Positions 19,418-31,300 of a stretch of DNA of 64,000 bases are shown here, piece after piece (position 1 is the stretch's first letter; each line of letters begins with the position of its first letter). The notes beneath the pieces are model-generated. The model was not told the origin of the DNA. It was given only the letters and a program-made list of their open reading frames with translations, and ran no database searches. Origin of the DNA: a virus. The stretch spans positions 19,478-83,477 of IMG/VR virus record IMGVR_UViG_3300025785_000013. One strand, written 5' to 3'. A program made the translations under genes and the position numbers.

Positions 19418-19690
19418 ATGGCAGCGCGGAAAACGCAAGGCGTGGCAGACCTCGCTCTCACCTACGAATGGGAGAACGTTGAGGAATGGGATGGCCTCGT
19501 CAAGGGTGACCTCGTACTCGTCAAGGGCGAGCGTGGTGATTGGCGTTTCCAATGGGCTAAGGTCAAAGATGGCGAAGTCACTGAGGTGACTGTCCACGGT
19601 GGCCCCAATGGTCACGGCTCGTTCCGAACGTTCTTACCGAACCGGGTCAGCAAGCCAAAGGTCAGGAATCGCAGGCCTGCCAAGGCGTAG
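19418..19690 (+). CDS. small beta-rich (SH3-like) protein, paralog of 41324..41611
   Basis: EW.G..KG.LV.V.G...RF......DGEV.EVTVHGG..GH.S.RTF shared with 41324..41611. Confidence 0.75.
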   Translation: MAARKTQGVADLALTYEWENVEEWDGLVKGDLVLVKGERGDWRFQWAKVKDGEVTEVTVHGGPNGHGSFRTFLPNRVSKPKVRNRRPAKA

Positions 19691-19771
19691 TACGGTGTTG
19701 TAGTCAAATCCATTTCGGACTTTCGGTGGTAATCTTGCGGGGTAAGTACCCTCGCTCACCGGAAGGGCCAG

Positions 19772-19987
19772 ATGGCTAAGGCTGCACCGAAGTCCTACCA
19801 AGTCACCGACAAGTCGCCCCTTACCTACAACGGTAAGCGGGCTATGCCCAGTGACGTGGTGACGGATATCCCCGGCGAGGACATTTCGTGGCTTCTTGAA
19901 GGTGGCTACATCGTTCCTGTCGAATCAGCACCTGAGCCAGACGTGGATGCTAGCGAGCCTGCCCCTGCGACTACCGAGGCCAACTAA
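19772..19987 (+). CDS. small protein preceding tail tube genes
   Basis: ORF track; WLLEGGYI motif; coupled to next gene. Confidence 0.7.
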   Translation: MAKAAPKSYQVTDKSPLTYNGKRAMPSDVVTDIPGEDISWLLEGGYIVPVESAPEPDVDASEPAPATTEAN

Positions 19988-20988
19988 TGCCGATTTTCCA
20001 GCACGGTAAGAATACTCGCACCATCCTCACGGTTCCAAATTCGACGGCAGGCACGTTCACTGGCACGGCCACCAACAGCAGTTATTACTTGACTGGCGTA
20101 GTCACCTCGTTCGGCTTGACGGTTGGAATGGTCATCACGTCTCCCTCAGACCTGTCGTGGTCGGCAGTCATCACCTCAATCGGTTCCAACTCCGTAATGC
20201 TTAACGCCACGCCGAGTTCGGGTGTCTACAGCGCAACGGCCCCACAGGTTTTCACTGTGCTTCTGCCCCAAGTTTCGGCTGGAGTGACCGGAATTGGCTA
20301 CGACCTCTCCCAATTTCTGAACGATGCCAGCATCAGCCAGATGATTGACGCTACTGAAACCACCACGTTCCAAACCGGTGGCAGTAAGTCCTACATTCAA
20401 GGGTTGAAGGAAGGCACCGTCAGTCTGTCCGGCTTCTATGACGGAACACCAGCCGGTATTGACCCAATTATGTACAGGACTGCCAACCTCGCAGCCAACA
20501 AGTCCGTTCTTATCTTCCTTGATGGTGGAAACAACGCTACCCCGGCAGTTTGCTATATGGCCAACGGTGTCCAAACTAAGTACGACTTGAAGTCGCCAGT
20601 TGCCGGTGTTGTTAGTGCTGATATGGAACTTCAGGCCGATGGTGGCGTGTGGCGTGGATACGGCCAGTACATCACTTCGGGAACCACCAGCCTCATTGCA
20701 GCAGCCACGGTCAACAACAACTTTTCCACCTCAAAGGGTGGGCTGTTGATTATGGGCGTTTCGTCGGCCAACGGCAACTCCGGTTCTTCGTTGCTGGAAT
20801 TCCAAACCTCGCCAACCGGCTCAGTGTGGACAACGGTGGAAACGCTGACTGTTGACGCTTCAACCTCTTACGGGATTGGTGCAGTCGCCATCAACCTCGT
20901 TGGAACCATCCCGCAGTACACCCGCCTGTACTACTCCGTCGGAAGCGGAGTGACAGCCAACATCTACTACGGGTTCGCCCGCTTCTAG
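19987..20988 (+). CDS. tail tube-like protein, paralog 1
   Basis: MPIFQHGKN...DATETTTF...KSYIQGLK.GT.SLSGFYD...TKYDLKSPV.GVV. Confidence 0.75.
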   Translation: MPIFQHGKNTRTILTVPNSTAGTFTGTATNSSYYLTGVVTSFGLTVGMVITSPSDLSWSAVITSIGSNSVMLNATPSSGVYSATAPQVFTVLLPQVSAGVTGIGYDLSQFLNDASISQMIDATETTTFQTGGSKSYIQGLKEGTVSLSGFYDGTPAGIDPIMYRTANLAANKSVLIFLDGGNNATPAVCYMANGVQTKYDLKSPVAGVVSADMELQADGGVWRGYGQYITSGTTSLIAAATVNNNFSTSKGGLLIMGVSSANGNSGSSLLEFQTSPTGSVWTTVETLTVDASTSYGIGAVAINLVGTIPQYTRLYYSVGSGVTANIYYGFARF

Positions 20989-21000
20989 AAGGAGATAGCA

Positions 21001-21771
21001 ATGCCCATTTTCAATCACGGTAAGAACGCGTTTCTGGCCCTCGGATACGAGTTGTCCGGTTCCACCTACGCAACCTGCACCCTGACCAGTTCCTCGTCGC
21101 TCTCCAGCGTTTTAGTGCCTGCTGGCACCCTGCTCGCTGGTGGTGCCGGTGCTTACGGCAGCCCGTCAATGCTCGCTGGTTCGACGGCCACCTATGGTGT
21201 GTTCGCTGGTGGAATCCCCGGCTACACGACCACCCAAATCACGAGCAGCAGCACGAGCGTCACGCTGGCTGAATCGGCAATTGGTGGAACCGGTGTCCTG
21301 CCTGCCGTTGGTACGGCTGGCGTTCCGCTTCTGCCGATGGTGAACATCTCGCCATTTATCAACGACGCTGGACTTCCGGTTGCCATTGACGCAAGCGAAA
21401 CCACGACGTTCAGCCAAGCCGGTGTGAAGACCTACATTCAGGGTCTGAAGGGCTACTCGCTTACGTTTGCTGGTATGTACGACCAGACTGCTGCTGGTGC
21501 AACCTCGGCTGCCGATGGCGTTGCTGGTGGAATTGACTACATCGTTTACTGTATGGAGAACTGGCAGAACATTGCTGGAAACTTCGTTCAGTTCGTGTAC
21601 GGCCCGTCTGACCCCGGCCAGTTCGTTCTTGGTTCGGCTGGTGTGCCATCCATCAAGTACTTCGGCCAAGGCGTTTTCACCAAGTACGACCTGAAGTCAT
21701 CGGTCAACGGCGTTGTGACGTTCGACGGTGAAATCCAAGTGACAGGCCCCGTGTATCGGACTATCCTCTAG
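21001..21771 (+). CDS. major tail tube protein, paralog 2
   Basis: MPIFNHGKN...DASETTTF...KTYIQGLK...YGP...TKYDLKSSVNGVVTFDGEIQVTG; directly upstream of chaperone. Confidence 0.8.
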   Translation: MPIFNHGKNAFLALGYELSGSTYATCTLTSSSSLSSVLVPAGTLLAGGAGAYGSPSMLAGSTATYGVFAGGIPGYTTTQITSSSTSVTLAESAIGGTGVLPAVGTAGVPLLPMVNISPFINDAGLPVAIDASETTTFSQAGVKTYIQGLKGYSLTFAGMYDQTAAGATSAADGVAGGIDYIVYCMENWQNIAGNFVQFVYGPSDPGQFVLGSAGVPSIKYFGQGVFTKYDLKSSVNGVVTFDGEIQVTGPVYRTIL

Positions 21772-21793
21772 GTAACCCTAGTAAGGAGCAGGA

Positions 21794-22147
21794 ATGTCAA
21801 ATCTCGCACAGCAAATTTTTGCCGTAGACGATATCGAAAGCGAACTTTTGGAAATCGCGCAGTGGAATGTCACCGTGCTGGTCAAGTCAATGACGGCCAA
21901 GGACCGCGCCCGGATGATTGGTCGCTCGGTTCAGGCCAACGGCAACTTCGACTTGGAAGAAGTCCTGCCCGACTTGGTGATTCACTGCACTTTCGACCCA
22001 GAGACGGGCGAGCGTGTGTTCACGCCAGCCGACCGCGAGATGCTGATGTCCAAGGCTGCCTCGGCCATCGAACTCATCGCCACGGTTGCAATGCGCTTGT
22101 CCGGTATGGACGAGGATGCAATTGAGAGGGCGGGAAAAGGCTTGTAG
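21794..22147 (+). CDS. tail assembly chaperone (G-like)
   Basis: Between tail tube and tape measure; slippery site near 3' end. Confidence 0.85.
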   Translation: MSNLAQQIFAVDDIESELLEIAQWNVTVLVKSMTAKDRARMIGRSVQANGNFDLEEVLPDLVIHCTFDPETGERVFTPADREMLMSKAASAIELIATVAMRLSGMDEDAIERAGKGL

Positions 22148-22323
22148 ATGACCCGGAAAGGAGATTTCTCTTTGAGTTGGCTGAAAAGTTAGGCCGAACC
22201 GTAGAGGAACTTCTTGACGGGTCACCGTCACACAAACCAATTTCCGCTTACGAAGTGACTGAGTGGCACGCATTGTGGCGACTGAGGAACTACGAACACG
22301 AACAGGCCACAAAGGGCTACTAG
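22132..22323 (+). other. programmed -1 frameshift (G GGA AAA) and GT-type extension frame
   Basis: GGGAAAA at 22132-22138; -1 frame reads RLVDDPERRFLFELAEKLGRTVEELL...EW.A to TAG at 22321-22323. Confidence 0.85.
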
Positions 22324-22341
22324 CGGAAAGGGGGTAGTGAA

Positions 22342-25263
22342 ATGACGATGGACACCGGTGGCGACAACCTAATCGCCAATGCCATCCGTATCGCTATCCT
22401 TGGTGACAACAAGCAATTCAAGAGCGTTGTCGGTGACAGCGTTGAATCAGCAAAGGCCGCAGCAGACGGCATCAAAGGTGCTTTTGCCGACGTAGGTGGG
22501 TTCCTTTCCAAGGCAGTTGGCTTCTTCGGTGTCGCTGCGATGGTTGACAAATCAGCAGAAGCCGCTTCCAAACTGACCGGTCAACAAAATCTTCAGGCAA
22601 CGATTCTGAAGAACCAGTTGTCCCCAGAACTGGTGAAGCAGTTCGGCATCACTAAGGGAATCGAGGGTAATTACTCCAAGATTCTTGCCAATGCTGCGAT
22701 GATTCAGTCAACTTCAACCGGTATGAGCGTCACCCAGATAACGCAGGCCCAGACGATGTTCCTTACCAACAAGGAACTGGCCAATATGTTTGCCACCGGT
22801 CAGAAGATTACTTCTGGGCCACTGACCGGTATGAACGTTCAGTTGGAAAACGCAATGAACGCTGCTGCAAACTTGGCAGGAACGATGGGTGGCAACGTCT
22901 ACGCCGCGTCTCGTCTGCTGAACCGAGTATTGGAAGACCCGGCAAAGCGTGTGACAGCACTTCGCCGTTCTTCGTTGCAGTTGAGTACCGACCAAATCAA
23001 CTCCATTAAGCAGATTGAGGCTTCACAGGGCAAAATCGCTGCCCGATACGCCACTTTGCAATTGGTGAACTCAGAACTCGGTGGTGCTGCTCAGGCAGTG
23101 GCCAACCCGATGGAGAAGTTGCAGAACGACTTCCAAAACCTCACCATCGAACTTGGTGAGGTTTTTCTCCCGTTAATTAACGCATTTTCTGATGTAATTG
23201 CTAATTTGGTTGGTTCAATTGCTCCGATGATGCAGCAATTGGCAAACGTTATTAAGCCAACAATGATGGCTATTGGAACTGCAATCGGTGATGTTTTTAC
23301 GATTGTTGAACCAATCTTGAACACCATTACCACAAGAATATTGCCAGACCTTATGATGGTTCTTCAACCAATTATTGACGCATTTGGTAAAATGGCAAAC
23401 GCTTTTGCAAATTCTGCTGCTCTAAAAGACTTCTTGACCATCATAGGAAAGTTGTTTGACAACTTGTCTTTGAAACTTCTCAAATTGCTTCTTCCGTTAT
23501 TCACCAATTTGCAAAAGACATTTGACAAAATGTCCAAAAACGGTCAATTGGACAAGTTGTTCAAAAATCTTGCCAACGTGTTCGCCACACTGCTGCCGAT
23601 TCTTCCCCAACTCATCCAGTTCGCCATCACACTGGTGGAAGCGTTGTTCCCCCTGTTTCTCCAGTTCTTCCCCATCCTCATTCAATTTATGCAGTGGGGT
23701 GCTGATTTTCTTGCGTGGTGCATCAAGGTTGTCCCTGCCGTAGCACAAGTTGTCGAAAAAATCCTAAAGTGGGCAGACGGGCTTCCCATCATCAAGCAAC
23801 TGTCGCACCACACTGGCGTTCTGAAGGACATCATCCTTGGCTTGGTCGCAGTCTGGTTCACCAGAGGGATGTTCCTCGCTCCGTTGAAACTCATCATCGG
23901 CACTATTGACAAGATGCGGGACAGCATCAAGTTGGCCCAGAAGGGCTTCAAGGACTTGAAGGGAGGTGGCTTTGGTAAGGGCCTGAGGCAAATCCTCGGC
24001 CTTGGTGGGGCTGCTGAAAAAGACGCACAAGTTGTTGCTGTAGAAGCGAACACGGTTGCCCTCGGTGAAAACACGGCTGCCCTTGGTGGCAACGCATTAA
24101 GCAACGAAGTTGGCGGTGGCGGTGGCGCAGGCAAAGACGCAAAGGAAGCCGAAGGATTCTTCAAGAAGTTTATGAAGTTCGCCAAGAACCCAGTGAAAAC
24201 TTTCAAGGAGATGGCCGGAGGCGCACTGGGCAAGTTGAAGAACTTGTTTGGTCGTGGTGCTGGAAAAACTGCTGCTGGTGATGCAGCATCCACTGGCGAG
24301 GCTGCTGCTGGTGAAGCAGCATCCACTGGCGAGGCTGCTGCTGGTGATGCAGCATCCACTGGCGAGGCTGCCCTTGCTAGTGGTGGAGCAGAGGCTGCTG
24401 CTGCCACTGGTGGTGAAGCACTTGCCGGTGCTGGTGTTGCTGCTGCTGGCACCGGTGCAGCCGAAGGTGGAATCTTGGCTGCCGGTCTTGCCAGTGCGCC
24501 AGAAACCCTTGGTGTTGGTTTGGCCGTTGCCGCAGTTGCTGCTGGCGTAGTCGCTTTTCACAAGCAGATTGGTCACGCCATTAGCAAGACGGCAAAGTTC
24601 CTGTACCACGGCGCACAAGATGTAGCAAAATGGGGTTCCAAGGAGTTTGGACACGTCGAAAACGGAGTGAAAAACGTCGCCAAGTTTGTCGGTCACGTCG
24701 GACACGCTGCTATGGGTGTGGTGACTGGTGGGCTTCACGCTGCTGGAACCATTGCTCACGGAATCGGTTCGGCCATTGGAGGCTTCTTTGGTGGCCTGTT
24801 CGGTGGTGGTGGAAGTTCCAGTTCTTCTTCCACCACCACTGGAAGTAGCAATGCGATGATTGGCTGGCTCATCAGGATTGCCCACAACACCTCAGCCACG
24901 GCCATTCTGCTGGACAAGGGTGGCAAGCCTCAGGAAATCGCCCGAATGATGAAGCACCCTGCGATGAAGAAGATGGTTGCTGCCCACTCCCACGAAATGA
25001 TGAGCCAAGCAATAGCCAAGATGTTCGGTGCTGGCTCGTTGGTTGGGTCACTGTTCAGCAACGGAAGTCCAGCAAATGCTGGAAAGGCACTGGCCGGGTC
25101 AACTCGCACATCCGGGCCAACGCACAACGTCACTATTTCACCAAACGCCTTTGTCGTGAACGTGACCGGTGGGGCAGACCCCAAGGTTGCCAAGCAAGTC
25201 GAAGCGGCAATCCAAAAGCACTTCAAGGAAATGCTCCGAACTACCAACGCAATGAGGGCATAG
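22342..25263 (+). CDS. tape measure protein
   Basis: 973 aa, helical amphipathic repeats, Ala/Gly-rich; follows chaperone. Confidence 0.9.
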   Translation: MTMDTGGDNLIANAIRIAILGDNKQFKSVVGDSVESAKAAADGIKGAFADVGGFLSKAVGFFGVAAMVDKSAEAASKLTGQQNLQATILKNQLSPELVKQFGITKGIEGNYSKILANAAMIQSTSTGMSVTQITQAQTMFLTNKELANMFATGQKITSGPLTGMNVQLENAMNAAANLAGTMGGNVYAASRLLNRVLEDPAKRVTALRRSSLQLSTDQINSIKQIEASQGKIAARYATLQLVNSELGGAAQAVANPMEKLQNDFQNLTIELGEVFLPLINAFSDVIANLVGSIAPMMQQLANVIKPTMMAIGTAIGDVFTIVEPILNTITTRILPDLMMVLQPIIDAFGKMANAFANSAALKDFLTIIGKLFDNLSLKLLKLLLPLFTNLQKTFDKMSKNGQLDKLFKNLANVFATLLPILPQLIQFAITLVEALFPLFLQFFPILIQFMQWGADFLAWCIKVVPAVAQVVEKILKWADGLPIIKQLSHHTGVLKDIILGLVAVWFTRGMFLAPLKLIIGTIDKMRDSIKLAQKGFKDLKGGGFGKGLRQILGLGGAAEKDAQVVAVEANTVALGENTAALGGNALSNEVGGGGGAGKDAKEAEGFFKKFMKFAKNPVKTFKEMAGGALGKLKNLFGRGAGKTAAGDAASTGEAAAGEAASTGEAAAGDAASTGEAALASGGAEAAAATGGEALAGAGVAAAGTGAAEGGILAAGLASAPETLGVGLAVAAVAAGVVAFHKQIGHAISKTAKFLYHGAQDVAKWGSKEFGHVENGVKNVAKFVGHVGHAAMGVVTGGLHAAGTIAHGIGSAIGGFFGGLFGGGGSSSSSSTTTGSSNAMIGWLIRIAHNTSATAILLDKGGKPQEIARMMKHPAMKKMVAAHSHEMMSQAIAKMFGAGSLVGSLFSNGSPANAGKALAGSTRTSGPTHNVTISPNAFVVNVTGGADPKVAKQVEAAIQKHFKEMLRTTNAMRA
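24271..24370 (+). repeat. three near-perfect 33-bp tandem repeats within tape measure
   Basis: (GCT)GCTGCTGGTGA[TA]GCAGCATCCACTGGCGAG x3, encoding AAAG[DE]AASTGE. Confidence 0.9.
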
Positions 25264-25301
25264 CATATTCAGTGAAATAGGGTAGAGTATTCGGGAGGGC
25301 T

Positions 25302-28300
25302 ATGAATAACTACGTTGCCAACCCAAACTACTCAGACGCTGCTGGCTCGCCCTACTGGACTGTTGTGGTTCCGGGGGCGCAGACGCTTTCACCCGATGAG
25401 GCCGTAGCCGACATTACCCAACTCGCCGTTGGTACCGTGATGGATAACGGCTACTACCGTGCTGCCCAAGTCCAAGACGTCTCTAAGTTGGGAGTTGCTG
25501 GAACTTCGCTGTCTGTCACAACCGGCGGGCAATATGGGAACACGAACCCGTCACCGTTCTTCGACAGGGGCGATTCGTTCGCTTACGTCAACAGCGTGGC
25601 AGGAATCAGCACTGGCCTGCGTATAGCAATTTTGGAAGGTTTGCAGACCGACGCTTCACCATACACGGCTGGCTCAATGTCCACCGATGCCTTTACGAGC
25701 GAGTGGATGACGGCTCGTGCAGTTGGACAGATTCCAGCAGTTGCGAACAACCAGAACTACCAATCGTTCCAAAGTGGGAGCCTGACTTCTTCCTACTGCG
25801 CCTACTTGATGACCAACGGCAATGCGTTCGGTGCAGCCGGATTCCTCACCCCGATTAGTTCGTTCAGCACGAGGTTCAGTGGTGCGACTTCGTACTGGCT
25901 GACCCCGGCTTCAGCAGCAGCGACATCCCCGTACTTCTTCATCTCAGCATCTTCTGACCCTCAGGCGATGGCAAACTTCATTAGCGAGTTTGCCTCGGAT
26001 TTCACTGCAACGGGTACGGCCATCAACTCAATTCTGGTCGGCTCTAGCCGGAGCATCGTCAACTGCGTCGTTGACCCCTCGGTAAACGGATTTACTACCG
26101 GTCAGTACCTTTCGTTCGTTGACATTGGAACGAACACCATCCTTTCGCCAGCGTCGTACCAGAACCAAAGCACCACCGGTTGGTACGTTGGCCAAGTCAC
26201 GGGGATGAACTCATTCACCATTCTCGCTACGACTACCACTGGTGGCTCTAGTGCAACGGTCACTTTCAACCCAACCACAGAAGACCACACCGGCGTTCTC
26301 CCCGGAATGATTGTTGCTGGAACAGGGATTCCTTCCGGTGCGACGGTTGTTTCCGTGGGGGCCAGTTCGTTCACGATTTCAGCAGGGGCAACGATTGCTA
26401 CGACTGGCGTGACTTTGACAATTTCCAAAGGTGCCACCAACTCGTACTTCCTCGTCTGTGACCGCAGCACCAACTACGGGCAGCCCATCCCCGGAACTTG
26501 GAACCAACTGATTTTGACAACTTCTGCCATCAGCAGTACAACTTTGACGATTTCAGCAATTGCTACTTCGTCTGGCTCCACTGCTGGCTACGGATACGGA
26601 ACGGTTCTTGCCGGGGGTTCCACCTACGCATCTGGCGTTTCAACTGGATTGTTCTCTAACAGTGGCCCATTCTCCATCGCCGTGGGCAGCACGATTCCTA
26701 TTGCCACTCACTACGGTTCCACTTCGGCTGGCACAACTGCGACCCTCGGCTACGTCTCTGCTCCGAGCAATGTCGTGTCGTTCATCGCTTCCGGCACTTC
26801 CGGCACCAACACAATCACCATCACAAGTTCTCTCTACATCCTCGGCAATGGAATGTTGGCTGTTGGTCAGTCCATTAGTGGCACTGGCATCCCCAGCAAT
26901 TCGTACATCACGGCCATCTCTGGCAACACGCTGACGATTTCAGCAAACTTGACTGCAAACCTGAACGGCACCACAAGCATTGCCACGACATCGTGTTCGG
27001 GAATGATTTACGGCACTTCGTTCCCTGCTGGAAACACCATCGTCCTCAACAACAACGACAACACTTACGTCTTTGATTTCGGCGTTCCTTACTTCGCTCC
27101 GTACTTGACGAACACTGGTGGAGGTTCAATCCCGCCCGGCGAGACACCAACTGCCGGTGTCGGTGGCTCGCACTACGGCTGCGATTTCTACCTGCCGGTC
27201 ACGCTGACCAACATCATTGGCACCCCGTTGGCCAACTTCCAAAGCGCAGCAGTCACTGGGTCTAGTAGCGCAATCTATGTAGATACCACCACCAACTTCT
27301 ACGTCGGACAAAAAATCACATTCGGCAGTTTTGGAAACTTGACAATCACGTCTGTTCCGTCATCCACTGAAATCATCGTTAGTGGCACGGCTGCTGGGGC
27401 TGCGACCTACAACACGGTCAACTACTCCAACGGGTCTTCACCAAACGACATTTGGAACTACGACGATTACTTGCTCTCCGGGGCTGTGTTTGACACGGTG
27501 ACTGGTACCACTTCTGGTACCGGTGCCATTGGCTTCGACGGCACATTCATTACTGGATTCCACCAGACCGGCACTTACGTCTTGGCGTACCAAGATGGGC
27601 CTCGGTACATCGGCTCATCATCAGTTGGAGACTTGGAGCAGATTGTTCCAACAACGATTGGCTCAACGGTTGGTGGAACCCTTTACCAACCAGTCGCTGC
27701 TGGCTCCACGACATTCGCCGTGAATCCAAACCCAAACACCGTTCCCGGCACCACGACATTTGGAATCAACCAGTACCAGAACTATACCTACGGTGGGTTT
27801 GTCCCCCTCATCAACAACGGTGTGACCAACAACTTCGTTGGCAACATCACCACCGGAAGTACGGTCATCACTGGCGTTGCTTCCCAGTACTCATTTGGAC
27901 TTTCGGTTGGACAAACTGTTGACATTGCAAGCACGGCCCACTTCCCAAGTGGTACTGAAATCGTAACCGTCGGTAAGGGGACTGTCACGGTTTCCAATGC
28001 TGCGACAACATCAGCAAGCGCGACAAGCCTCACTGCGACTTCCAATGCCATCTACACCCTCGTCGTGGGTCAAGGCTCCACGCAGGAAATGGTGGCAGTT
28101 ATTTCACCAAGCAACTCAACTTCTCTCGGCTCCACTGGGTCGAACCCAATTGGCCTTCCCTTTACGCCCGGTGAAACCCTTGACGGCTCCGGCAACATCA
28201 ACAGCCCAATGCTTTGGACACTGGCAGACGGTCAGACGTTCCAATTTGACCACGACGCTGGTGACATCGTTGTCACGCCGAACGTGGTCTACTCGGTTGG

Positions 28301-31300
28301 TGGAAGCACGATTTCCCACGCTCAGCAAACTCCGTTCTTAGGTGACCCCAACGTTGGAACGGTCTACTCCATTAGTGGTGGAACCGATTACGCCCAGACG
28401 AACGCTCTCATCGCCACGAACCCGACGAGCGAACTCATCATCAACGCTGCTGCGAACTTCAACCTGACAAACCCGTGGTTGGATTCTGGCGTTGGTGGCT
28501 TCCCCAACATCAGCACGAGCCTCGCTGCGACGGCCTCGGCTGGAGACACCACCATCACGGTGGCCGACAACGCTGGATTTCCACAAACCGTGCAGACGGT
28601 TTTCCAAAACGGAATCACCATCCAGCCCTCGACTGTTGGAACTCTGGTGGGCAGTCTCGCTGCCAATGCAACATCCCTCACCATCATTCCAAAAGCCGAA
28701 GTCCCTCAGACCACGCCGTTCTTCATCAACATCTCTGGGCTTTCGGGTACTGAAACCCTTGAAATTGGCTCGGTGTACTACAACAGCGCACTGAACCTCG
28801 CCACTCTGCAACTCTCCAACTTCCAAGTCCAAGGAATGGTCGCTACTGGCAGCACCTCGGTCTGGCTTGGCGCAGCAGCAATCACCAACGTTGCACCCGG
28901 ACAGGTCATTACGGACACGCTTGGCTACATCCCTGCTGGAACCACGGTTGTCAGTGTTTCTACGACCAGCATCACGATTTCCAATCCTGCCACCAACGGT
29001 GCAACGGAGAACTTGCAGTTTTACACCTCGTCAACGACGCTCTCCTACGCCGACCTCACGCCTGTTCTGCTGGACAGTTTCCCGACAGACACTCAGTATC
29101 ACACCCTTGAAGTACCATCGTTCTACCTGACTACGGCCCTGAACCTCGGTGCAACGGTCACGTCACTTTCCACCACCCCGTTGCCTGTGACCGTGCCTTC
29201 CGGCACGACGCTCTACATCAACAACGGCATCTTTTACGATTCGTTCGTCACTTCAGCAACGGCAAATGCCGGTGCGACTGGTGTTTCCATCAACTCGTAC
29301 ACGCCACACTTTCCTTTTCCGGCTTCGTCGGGGAGCAGTGGAGTTTTCACCACTTACGGTTCGATTGTGTCCGTTGGCCTTGCATCTCCCTTGCAGCCGA
29401 ACCAAACCATCTTCCTCAACTGCCCCGGTGCCATTGGTAGCCTTGGCAACCCATCTTTTGGAATCACGGTTAAGGAATACACGCCTCAGAACGCTTTCAC
29501 CATCCCGGTTCTGCCATTCATCTCACCTTACGCCTTCGATACCACGACTACCGAAGTGGACTTCACGGGTTCGGTGACCAACGGCTCCAACGCCATCACC
29601 TCGGTAAGCAGCACGGCAGGGCTTTCGGTAGGCCAACAAGTCTTCACCAGCCAAGACGGGCTTTCTACGACCCAGCCTGCGTTCATTGCTGAAATCAGTG
29701 GCTCTACGGTCTACCTGACCACTCCTTCAGTCACGGCAGCAACCGGGGCGACGAGCCAGTACTTCAACGTCTACCCGACGCAGTTCTTGTCACCATCGCC
29801 CGTGACGCTGGATGCCGACCCGTTGCAAGAGGTCGTGTACCCAATTTCAGTGCCAGTCCCGAACGCCATCAACCCAAACGCTTGGGATGTCAACTTGGCT
29901 CTGTCTCTGGCCTACGACCACGACTTTGGTGCTGAAGTCTTTTACTACGCTTACCCGACCAACTTCCACGTCAATGATGTGACCTACCGGCCAGACTTGG
30001 GCATCTTCCAAACGTGGGATGGCAGCCAGTGGCGCACGACGAGGGTGAACGCAGTTCAGGCCCTTCTGTCCATTCTTGGCTCCTTTGGTGGAAAAGACAC
30101 AACCAACGTCACGCTCATTGACCCAAACACTGGGGCAAACACGCCACCTGACGTATTCGCCAACACGCTTTCGACGGCCTTCACTGCCTACTTTGGTGGA
30201 AACCGTTCCAAAGACCCGAACGGCGACGAGTGGACTGGCGATGCCCTTAACAACATTCTGCTGAACATCTCTGTTCAAGTTCCCCAAAACCAAACGGTGG
30301 CCTACCGAAGCCTCGGCCTCATCGCCCAGTACAAGTCGGAGCCACTGGCCGAGAGCATCTACATTTCACCATCGGACAACTGCGTCATCAACGAGGATGC
30401 TGTCACCTCGGTCAACTGGACATACAGCGACCTTGACAACGACCAACAAACCGGTTGGTCAGTGAAAATCTTCAGTCAGGCTTCCGTCTATCTGCCAAAC
30501 TTCAGCCCCGACACGACAACCCCTGTCTGGCAGAAGTCGGCTTACAACGCTTCCACCTCTGTGACGTTCGACACCGACAGTGGCTTCGTCAACGGTCAGA
30601 AGTACTACGCCTATGTCAAGGTTTCCAAGACATTCCACCAAAAGGACTGGTGGGGTGCGTGGAACTCTTGCCCATTTACGGTCATTATCAACGCTCCGCA
30701 GGCACCGATGGTTGCCGTGTACGCCGACGATGACAACGCTGTCAACACCATCACCATTCAAAGCACGGACAACTTGCTCGGCCCAGACAACGGCAGTTTC
30801 ACCAACTCGCTCGGTGGCTGGACACGAGGAAAAAACGACACCGTTGGCACTTCGCTGGAAGTCGCATCTACCGGTATCGCCCTTCGCACCCCACTAACGG
30901 CAGGAACGGTTTACACCTCACTGAACGTCGGAGCAATTGGCTATATCGCTTCCGGCTCAACTATTGCTTCGTCTGGCAAGGGTACGTTCAAGGTTTCCAG
31001 CACTTATCCAAAGAACACTGACGCACTGGGCTTCCCAGTTTCCGGTGAGTTTTGGGTCACTATCGGTGGTGAAAACATCCTCGTGACCAACAAGGTTGAC
31101 GGCAACAACTCCGGCGACACTTTTGTCATCCAGCAGCGCAACTACACCGTCGCTGGGGTTCCAAGCACTCAAAGCGCACACGCAGCAGGCGCAACGGTGA
31201 CTTTTGGATTGCAGGAGCCAATCTTCGTTGATTCCGAACTGCAACTGCATTTCACTGAAGTTATTGAACAGAAGTGGGTGGACAAGCAAAAAATTCTCGT

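Noticed and set aside
24271-24370. CRISPR array
   Set aside because: Repeats are contiguous with no spacers and are in-frame coding
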